Of a stretch of 53,563 nucleotides of DNA, positions 47,179 to 53,563 are shown one piece after another. Each line of letters begins with the position of its first letter. Within the stretch, counting starts at the first letter, position 1. The notes beneath the pieces were generated by a model. That model searched no databases. It was not told where the DNA came from and worked only from the letters and a program-made list of their open reading frames with translations. The stretch covers positions 1 to 53,563 of the forward strand of contig CBFDDY010000001.1 of assembly GCA_965603705.1 (NCBI GenBank). The letters are read 5' to 3'. The position numbers were made by a program, and so were the translations under genes. This stretch comes from an uncultured bacterium (lineage in GTDB: Bacteria > Acidobacteriota > Aminicenantia > Aminicenantales > Aminicenantaceae).

Positions 47179-48738
47179 TTAAAGGGGGGATATCTGAAAA
47201 AATTTTATGTCTTTACTCTCAAGAGTTGTTCCCAGCGTTTTTTCCAGCCCTGCTAAAGAGAGATTATAATCAATGACTGCTCTAATTTCAGCGCTTTTTG
47301 CATTTGCAAGGTCTCTTTGATACTGAAGCACAGTATAGTTTGTTGAAAGTCCTACTATCAGTTTTTTCTCTTCCGCCGCAAGTGTTTTTTCAGCAAGTTC
47401 TCTTGCTGTCTTATAGGCATGGACTCGCTTATAATTAGACATTACATTGCGAACGGCATTTCTTATTTCCAGAAATGCCTGTTGTTCATCATTCTGTAAT
47501 TTAAATTTCGCCTGTTTAAAATTAACTTTTGCCTGGGCAAACCGAGCACGAGAAAAAATCGTCGCCACAGGAATGGAAAGGGTCAGCCCTACAGACCAGT
47601 TTTTATAAGCAAAAGAAAAAGTGTCTTTTAAAGATTTGGTAGCATCCCCAGGAGTTTTTCCCACTACGACATCTGTAAGGGGATTATTATCTTGATAAAG
47701 TATCTGGGTTCCTGATACACCAGGGCTCCAGTATGAAACATCAAAACTTAAGCCAGGAAGAAGCTGATTCTTGGCATAACTTAATTCAACATCTTTACTT
47801 TTTATGTCAATACGGCTTGCCTTAAGGTCAGGTCTGTTCTGCATCCCAATCAGCAGGGCCTCATCAAGACTTATATCATTTTCTTTATAAGTCGGCTCAT
47901 CAATAGGGATTATATTTTTCATCTTTACATCTTCCTCTGCAACAAGATTAATAATAGTTTTCAAGGTGTCTTCATTGTTTTTAACCAGATAATCAGCTTC
48001 TATAATATCAGCTTCTCTGGCAGCTACTTCAGATTCAGCACTCAATACCTCTATGGGAGCAAGTACACCTACTTCCACCTCTTTTTTGTTTTTTGCCAGT
48101 AAGTCAAGGGCAAGTTTAAGAGACTGTTGCTTTGCTTTAAGGTTTTCTATGCTGAACACAAGTTCCCAGTAAGCTTCTTCAACATTATAAATAGTCTGTA
48201 TAAGTGATTCTTTAAAATTTGCCTCTGATATTTGAGTGTTGTTATTAGCTACAATGATTTCCCTGCGAGTCACTTTAAATCCAAAATCCTTTAAAAGAGG
48301 TTGAGACAAGCTAAATGAAAGCGAGCTACCGTAGCGGGGATTTATTGTCTGAAACTTCCTGCTGGAATCACTTTTGTAAGAATAAAGGGATACGGAAAGA
48401 CTCCCTCCTGTAGGAAAGAGCTGCTCTAATTGGACGCCGTAATCATCAACCATAGAGGTTACTTGTACTGCTGCATCAATCCAAGAAAAAGAAGGATTAT
48501 TGGTCTCCTGTGTTCCATAATTAAAAGATAGTGAAGGCAGAAATATTTCTTTCTCCACAGAAGCAGATATGTCTGCGAGCTCTGGATTTAAAACTTCAAC
48601 AGCTATGTTTAGATTGTTTTTCAAAGCACCTAATATGCATTCCTCAAGAGTAATAGGAATTTTACTCTCCTGACCGCTAAATGTGACTGCTGATAATAAT
48701 ATAATTAAAATACTTATTCCCGTTATCTTTTTATACAT
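47179..48738 (-). CDS. TolC/OEP-family outer-membrane efflux protein
   Basis: 519 aa. Signal peptide MYKKITGISILIILLSAVTFSG. Two-fold internal repeat of coiled-coil and beta-strand segments typical of outer-membrane factors. Confidence 0.85.
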   Translation of the reverse strand: MYKKITGISILIILLSAVTFSGQESKIPITLEECILGALKNNLNIAVEVLNPELADISASVEKEIFLPSLSFNYGTQETNNPSFSWIDAAVQVTSMVDDYGVQLEQLFPTGGSLSVSLYSYKSDSSRKFQTINPRYGSSLSFSLSQPLLKDFGFKVTRREIIVANNNTQISEANFKESLIQTIYNVEEAYWELVFSIENLKAKQQSLKLALDLLAKNKKEVEVGVLAPIEVLSAESEVAAREADIIEADYLVKNNEDTLKTIINLVAEEDVKMKNIIPIDEPTYKENDISLDEALLIGMQNRPDLKASRIDIKSKDVELSYAKNQLLPGLSFDVSYWSPGVSGTQILYQDNNPLTDVVVGKTPGDATKSLKDTFSFAYKNWSVGLTLSIPVATIFSRARFAQAKVNFKQAKFKLQNDEQQAFLEIRNAVRNVMSNYKRVHAYKTARELAEKTLAAEEKKLIVGLSTNYTVLQYQRDLANAKSAEIRAVIDYNLSLAGLEKTLGTTLESKDIKFFQISPL

Positions 48739-48833
48739 TTTTATTCTCCTGATAAAGTTTTTCTTTCTGGCAGATTAATTGTCATTTATCTATTAACTAT
48801 TAAGCAATAAATAGGCGTCAGAGTTCTAACTAC

Positions 48834-50594
48834 TTATTTTCTTATAAACATCGAACCCAAGAGGCGATCCACCTTTTCATTCTCTAGTTTGAAATCTCTT
48901 ATCTCTCCGTCATCATAGCGGTGGAATATCAAAAAACCCTTATCGTATCCGAAGATGTCTTTTTTCAGCGGTACAAATGAAACATCTAAATCCCCCAGGA
49001 ATTCACCCGTAAAAAGACGGCCGGCCATTGTCGAAAACCGATATGTTTTCTGAAGCTCCACCGAGAAATACCTTCCCTCGTACTCGGAAAAGTCAAATTC
49101 CACAGGAGGCTTGATCTTTTTGGCCTCATCCTGCAGTTTGTCTTTTGAAAAGAGGGCAAGCTTATATCCGGTTCCTGAAGGTCCTTCTGTGAAGCGGTAC
49201 TGTAGCCCTCTTATCCCATCGACATCGAAAACGCCCTGCCCTCGATGCTGCAGTTCCCGGGGCATGATGGCTTCGCCGATATTCCCGAACTGCTCCGACA
49301 AAACGCGGCGGGAAAGACTGCCGTTCTCATGGTAGATACAGACAAGCGAGCCGCTTCCCAATTGATAAAAGCCTTCCCAGCCTGCCGATTCTTTCGGATC
49401 CCACGGGACGGCGGTGTCCGGTTCCTTCCCTTCGGCTCCCCGGGGCGGGCCGAAGTCCATCCTCAGTTCTTCGACCAGGAAGTCACCCACCTTCTCGAAA
49501 ATATCGAAGAGTGATATCTGGTCTGACTGGATATTGCTCAAGGCAATCAGGCAGGCGTCCTTCTCGATAAACCTGTCCATGAGAGCCCGAAATCCATATG
49601 AAGAGCCTCCGGCTCGAACGATCGTTAAATTGTCTTTGCCGTCATTATAATGGGCGGACATGACGATTCCGGCCAGAGAAATATCGGAAGAATGCGGTTC
49701 AAGAAGCATTTTTTTGTTTTTTTCAGATAGGATGTTGTCGCCAACGAAATCCAATATTTTCTGAAAACTATACAGGTCTTTGGCGGTGCTCAGGATGTTA
49801 CCGGCGGCAAGGCGCGTCGATTCCTCCTCGATAGTGGCGAGTGCGTACCCTTCCAGGCCCTTCTGATAGCCGGTGGCCATATTCTTATGGATGGTCCTGT
49901 TGTTGTGCACATGAGTGTCTTTCATGCCCAGAGGACCAAAAATATTTTCCTCCAGCAGTTCTGCATAGGACTTCCCCGACACGGCTTCCAGGATAACGCC
50001 CAGTACATAATATCCGGGACTGGAATAAGTCATCCGTTCACCAGGCTCGTGCTGAAGATCGATGTCCCAGAAATGCTTCATAAACTCCAGGGGCGTGTGG
50101 AAATACTTGTCATGCACATCGAAGTACCGGGGGATGCCGATGAAATGGTGGGGGATGCCCGATTTGTGTTCCAGCAGATGACGGACTGTAATTATAGAGG
50201 CGTTTTTCTTGGGGAAATATGGGAGATAGGAGTCGATTGTTGCGTCAAGATTAATAAGACCCTTCTCAGCCATCTGCAGCACTAGGACTGCCGTGAATTG
50301 TTTTGTTATGGACCCGATGAGATATTTTGTGTCGGGTTTGTCGGGAATGTCGAAACTCCTGTTGGCGACACCGTAACCTTTGTGGACAAGAATCTTCTCT
50401 CCTACGCCAATCAAAATTGTTCCGTTGAATGGAACAGGGAGGGAGTCGAGAAATTGATCGACCTTTTCTTTCAGAGACACAGTAAGGCCTGTGTCCCCCC
50501 CCTGCTTTAGAGGATCTGCATATAAACGCAAACCACAATTGATAAACATCAGTCCGACCGAAAAAACAACTGCATACAGATGATATTTTTTCAT
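48834..50594 (-). CDS. Secreted beta-lactamase-fold serine hydrolase (class C / PBP4*-like) with a ~200-aa C-terminal extension
   Basis: SxxK nucleophile motif in IGSITKQFTA, followed by YSSPGY. Signal peptide MKKYHLYAVVFSVGLMFINCG. I start it at the ATG at 50594; the track's TTG at 50597 is an alternative. First gene after cassette D. Confidence 0.8.
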   Translation of the reverse strand: MKKYHLYAVVFSVGLMFINCGLRLYADPLKQGGDTGLTVSLKEKVDQFLDSLPVPFNGTILIGVGEKILVHKGYGVANRSFDIPDKPDTKYLIGSITKQFTAVLVLQMAEKGLINLDATIDSYLPYFPKKNASIITVRHLLEHKSGIPHHFIGIPRYFDVHDKYFHTPLEFMKHFWDIDLQHEPGERMTYSSPGYYVLGVILEAVSGKSYAELLEENIFGPLGMKDTHVHNNRTIHKNMATGYQKGLEGYALATIEEESTRLAAGNILSTAKDLYSFQKILDFVGDNILSEKNKKMLLEPHSSDISLAGIVMSAHYNDGKDNLTIVRAGGSSYGFRALMDRFIEKDACLIALSNIQSDQISLFDIFEKVGDFLVEELRMDFGPPRGAEGKEPDTAVPWDPKESAGWEGFYQLGSGSLVCIYHENGSLSRRVLSEQFGNIGEAIMPRELQHRGQGVFDVDGIRGLQYRFTEGPSGTGYKLALFSKDKLQDEAKKIKPPVEFDFSEYEGRYFSVELQKTYRFSTMAGRLFTGEFLGDLDVSFVPLKKDIFGYDKGFLIFHRYDDGEIRDFKLENEKVDRLLGSMFIRK

Positions 50595-50640
50595 CAATTT
50601 TTTCTCTTTTTTTACTCCTACACCTTTTCACGCATTTACA

Positions 50641-50767
50641 TTCAAGAATCATGCCAAAAATTATAACGCAAATAGAATCAACCTGTTAGATGTTAATCCT
50701 TGAAAAATTTCCAAAAAATCCTCTTGATTATGTTTGGAAATGAACACAATCTGTCCGTATATGAACA
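50641..50767 (-). promoter_or_regulatory. Regulatory cassette copy D, in the divergent intergenic region between the hydrolase operon and the sigma-54 activator gene
   Basis: -24/-12 is the rc of 50641-50657 (TTGGCATGATTCTTGAA). IHF-like AATCAACCTGTTA at 50676-50688. Dyads are the rc of 50731-50746 (TGTTCATTTCCAAACA) and of 50752-50767 (TGTTCATATACGGACA). Confidence 0.6.
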
Positions 50768-50790
50768 TATTTTAATAATTATAGGCCATA

Positions 50791-50820
50791 TTGACTTTGG
50801 TATTGATCTTGCTTTATCAT
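50791..50820 (+). promoter_or_regulatory. Candidate sigma-70-type promoter for the activator/kinase operon
   Basis: TTGACT (50791-50796), an 18-nt spacer, then TATCAT (50815-50820). Caveat: the predicted start site would fall within or next to the GAGGGA ribosome-binding site (50825-50830), leaving a very short leader. Confidence 0.3.
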
Positions 50821-50835
50821 TACTGAGGGAAAAAA

Positions 50836-52218
50836 ATGGAAAATCAGATTGAGGCCAGAGTGTTAATCGTAGATGATGATCTGGGTGTATTACAGGCAGC
50901 GCAGTTCTATTTAAAGCAATATGTAAAATTAATAGATATCAGGGACAATCCCGAAGAAATGATCCGGGCCTTTCAACCGGGACAGTACGACGTTATCCTT
51001 CTGGATATGAACTTCACACTGGACCTCACCAGCGGGGAAGAAGGATTATACTACCTTAGAGAATTAAAAAGAATCGATCCTGCAATTGAGGTTATTTTGA
51101 TTACTGCTTATGGGGATGTGGAATTAGCAGTAAAAGCCATCAAAGAGGGGGCCACTGATTTTATTTTAAAACCCTGGCAGAATGAAAAATTATTAGCCAC
51201 GGTTACCACCACATTTAAATTATATCAGAGCAGGAACAGGATTAAGATTCTTCAATTCCAAAAAGAACAGCTTATTGATAATATTAATAAGCATTTTTAT
51301 AACCTCATTGGGACTTCCAAACCAATGCAGGATGTTTTTTCTATAATCAAAAAGGTTTCTAAAACCGATGCCAACATATTGATCACCGGGGAGAATGGTA
51401 CCGGAAAAGAATTGGTTTCAAGAGCTATCCATCGGGATTCCTTGCGCTGTCATGAACCCTTTATCAGCGTAGATATGGGAGCAATCAGCGAAACGCTGTT
51501 TGAGAGTGAATTATTCGGACATAAAAAGGGTTCTTTTACCGATGCTAAAAAAGATAGGGCAGGACATTTTGAAATCGCTTCCAGTGGGACTCTCTTTTTA
51601 GATGAAATAGGAAATCTCCCTTATCCCTTACAGGCAAAAATTCTGCGGATTATGGAAAGCCGGGAAGTAAAAAGATTAGGAAGCAATCAAACCATCCCCA
51701 TTAATATTCGCCTAATTTGCGCCACCAACCTGGATATCCACAAAATGGTGAAGGAACGTAAATTTCGAGAAGACCTCCTTTATAGGATAAATACCATTGA
51801 AATAAAGCTACCACCCCTCAGGGATCGGGACCAGGATATCATCCTACTGGCCAATACATTTCTGGAACAATACTGTAAAAAATATAAAAAATCCCTCAAA
51901 ACCCTCACAACAAAAACCCAGGAAATGTTAAAAGTATACCATTGGCCTGGCAACATAAGAGAGTTAAAACATTCTACTGAAAGAGCCGTGATAATGAGTG
52001 ATAAGGACCGCTTAACTCCCGATGATTTCTTTTTTTCCTCTCAAAAAGACAAGATGGAAAAAGTCCCTGACAACTTAACCTTAGACCATCTTGAGCAGGA
52101 ATTCATAATCAAAACCCTTAAGAAACATAATAAAAATATTTCAAAGGCTGCCAAAGAACTGGGTTTGTCCCGTTCAGCTTTATACCGCAGAATGGATAAA
52201 TACAATATCACTCTATGA
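50836..52218 (+). CDS. NtrC-family sigma-54-dependent response regulator (REC + AAA+ + Fis-type HTH)
   Basis: 460 aa. Receiver (VLIVDDD...DVILLDMNF...ILKPW). AAA+ Walker A GENGTGKE, Walker B LFLDEIG, and GSFTDA at the position of the GAFTGA sigma-54-contact loop. C-terminal HTH NISKAAKELGLSRSALYRRM. Confidence 0.9.
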   Translation: MENQIEARVLIVDDDLGVLQAAQFYLKQYVKLIDIRDNPEEMIRAFQPGQYDVILLDMNFTLDLTSGEEGLYYLRELKRIDPAIEVILITAYGDVELAVKAIKEGATDFILKPWQNEKLLATVTTTFKLYQSRNRIKILQFQKEQLIDNINKHFYNLIGTSKPMQDVFSIIKKVSKTDANILITGENGTGKELVSRAIHRDSLRCHEPFISVDMGAISETLFESELFGHKKGSFTDAKKDRAGHFEIASSGTLFLDEIGNLPYPLQAKILRIMESREVKRLGSNQTIPINIRLICATNLDIHKMVKERKFREDLLYRINTIEIKLPPLRDRDQDIILLANTFLEQYCKKYKKSLKTLTTKTQEMLKVYHWPGNIRELKHSTERAVIMSDKDRLTPDDFFFSSQKDKMEKVPDNLTLDHLEQEFIIKTLKKHNKNISKAAKELGLSRSALYRRMDKYNITL

Positions 52219-53558
52219 AAAGATATTTTAAAAAATTTAAGATCCGGGTTTTTATCCAAGTATTATTAATCTGTATCAATATTTTCCTGGGTGTTTTCTT
52301 TTTTGTTTTATATAAAAATTTTCTGATGGTTGGAATTTTTCTGATTATATTATTGGCACTTCTCTATTACCATGTAAAATTTATAGATCAAACCAATCGC
52401 AATTTTAAACGATTCCTGGAAGCTATTAATTATTCAGACTTTTCTCAATCCTTTACCGATAAGAACCTGGGAAAATCCTTTTCTGAATTAAGCCAGGCCT
52501 TTACTCAAGTTGTAGAAAAATTTCAGAAGGCCCGGGCGGAAAAAGAAAAAAGCTTCCGCTACATGAATACTATTGTTCAGTACATTAATAATGGTCTTAT
52601 CAGCTTTGATCAGGAAGGAAATGTGGATTTTATCAACCGGGCCGCAAAGAAGATACTTAACATCCGTTTTTTAAAAAACATTCAATCCTTTAAAACCAAG
52701 AATCCCAACCTATATCAACTGATGAAAAAAATCCGGCATGGAGAAAAATTAGTAAAAAAAATCTCAATTAATAATGATACAAAACAGATGGCCTTTTCAG
52801 GTTTTGAATTTAAAGTGGGAGATAAGAATTTAAAATTGTTATCTATCCAGGATATCCACAATCTTTTGGAAGATAAGGAATTAGAAGCCTGGCAAAAATT
52901 AATTCGGGTACTAACCCACGAAATCATGAATTCCCTTACCCCTATTTCATCCCTCAGCAGTACTACCTTTGATTTAATCCAAGAGATTGAGGTACAGGAT
53001 GACCCGTTAAAAGAAAAATTACTGGATATAAAAGATGCTTTAAATACTATTCATAAAAGAAGTGAAGGCTTAACTGATTTTGTAAAAGCTTACCGCAGCT
53101 TGACTCTAATCCCCAAACCTGAATTTCAGATTATTTCGGTATCCAGTCTTTTTTCCAGAGTACACAAGATACTAAAACCCAAACTCCAGGAGCAGGGAAT
53201 CTCGTTTGAGAGAATTATAGATCCAGAGTCACTTGAGATCAGCGCCGATCCCTCCTTAATGGAACAGGTTCTGATCAACCTGCTGCTCAATTCCATCTAC
53301 GCCCTCAAAGAGATCCGGAAACCCAAAATTGAATTGAAATGTTTTTTAGGAGACAGCGGTAAAGTGGTCATCCAGGTAATTGACAATGGCAGTGGTATTT
53401 TAGAAAAAAACCTGGGGAAGATCTTTGTCCCCTTTTACTCCACCAAGAAATCATCGGGGATCGGCTTAAGCTTCTGCAAACAGATCATGAAGTTACACAA
53501 CGGCCAGATCAAGGTTGCCTCCACCCAAAACTCCATCACCTTTTCATTGTATTTTTAA
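52215..53558 (+). CDS. Histidine kinase with a TM hairpin (no periplasmic sensor domain), a cytoplasmic PAS-like domain, HisKA and HATPase_c
   Basis: 447 aa. The ATGA start overlaps the regulator stop. Two TM helices (residues ~10-32 and ~37-54) are joined by only ~4 residues (YKNF). H-box LTHEIMNSLTPISSL, N-box LINLLLNSIYAL, G-boxes DNGSGI / GIGLSF. Confidence 0.85.
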   Translation: MKRYFKKFKIRVFIQVLLICINIFLGVFFFVLYKNFLMVGIFLIILLALLYYHVKFIDQTNRNFKRFLEAINYSDFSQSFTDKNLGKSFSELSQAFTQVVEKFQKARAEKEKSFRYMNTIVQYINNGLISFDQEGNVDFINRAAKKILNIRFLKNIQSFKTKNPNLYQLMKKIRHGEKLVKKISINNDTKQMAFSGFEFKVGDKNLKLLSIQDIHNLLEDKELEAWQKLIRVLTHEIMNSLTPISSLSSTTFDLIQEIEVQDDPLKEKLLDIKDALNTIHKRSEGLTDFVKAYRSLTLIPKPEFQIISVSSLFSRVHKILKPKLQEQGISFERIIDPESLEISADPSLMEQVLINLLLNSIYALKEIRKPKIELKCFLGDSGKVVIQVIDNGSGILEKNLGKIFVPFYSTKKSSGIGLSFCKQIMKLHNGQIKVASTQNSITFSLYF

Positions 53559-53563
53559 TCTTT

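Noticed and set aside
48768-48783. Plus-strand TGGCAGATTAATTGTC, which has sigma-54-like -24/-12 spacing, between the hydrolase and TolC-type genes.
   Set aside because: It points into the 3' end of the minus-strand hydrolase gene, so it could only make an antisense RNA. There are no dyads or cassette homology nearby, and the -12 is GT rather than GC. Most likely a chance match in AT-rich DNA.
39197-50775. Could the four repeated ~130-170-bp blocks be a CRISPR array or a MITE/IS-derived repeat?
   Set aside because: The copies are 2.5-6 kb apart and separated by full-length genes, not by 25-50-nt spacers. They are always in one orientation, exactly in 5' leaders. They lack terminal inverted repeats and flanking direct duplications. 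No transposase, integrase or cas genes are present. The internal dyad/-24/-12 architecture fits a promoter better.
1-53563. Search for tRNA, rRNA, CRISPR, phage or integrase signatures across the window.
   Set aside because: The intergenic gaps are short (mostly under 200 nt), and none shows cloverleaf-like or rRNA-like sequence that I could recognise by eye. There are no short regularly spaced repeats, and no ORF with recombinase, transposase, capsid or terminase motifs. Absence by eye is not proof; tRNAscan-SE or Infernal would settle it.

Overview
This 53.6-kb window is almost entirely coded on the minus strand. It appears to come from a diderm (outer-membrane-bearing) bacterium that I cannot place taxonomically from sequence alone.

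The left ~19 kb holds these genes:
- a partial cytochrome-P460-like gene and a corrinoid (B12-binding) protein;
- an ArsR / porin / TusA / YeeE sulfur-uptake cluster;
- an S41 peptidase;
- a ThiL-like / lipid-kinase / UbiA cluster that ends in a truncated alpha-oxoamine-synthase remnant;
- an OmpR-type two-component pair;
- a 1315-aa secreted vWA protein with an internal tandem duplication, and a transglutaminase-like protein that seems to lack the catalytic Cys.

The right ~34 kb (19.6-53.6 kb) is the main result. It is a supercluster of ten paralogous 770-807-aa, internally duplicated FtsX/MacB-type ABC permeases. They are served by only two ABC ATPases, one HlyD-type adaptor and one TolC-type outer-membrane factor. 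The cluster also encodes a beta-lactamase-fold serine hydrolase and a 70-aa orphan ORF. An NtrC-type sigma-54 activator with a sensor-less (intramembrane-type) histidine kinase is transcribed divergently at the right end.

The most striking non-coding signal is a regulatory cassette of ~130-170 bp present in four near-identical copies, with traces of a fifth. Read on the minus strand, each copy carries two 16-bp dyads exactly 21 bp apart, then an IHF-consensus match, then a sigma-54-like -24/-12 element. The copies precede the adaptor-led 10-gene operon, two single permease genes and the hydrolase-TolC-permease operon. Two copies still carry remnants of the adaptor gene's 5' end, which suggests the regulon expanded by cassette duplication.

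I found no rRNA, tRNA, CRISPR array, transposase or integrase. All homology calls are motif recognition by eye; no database search was possible.
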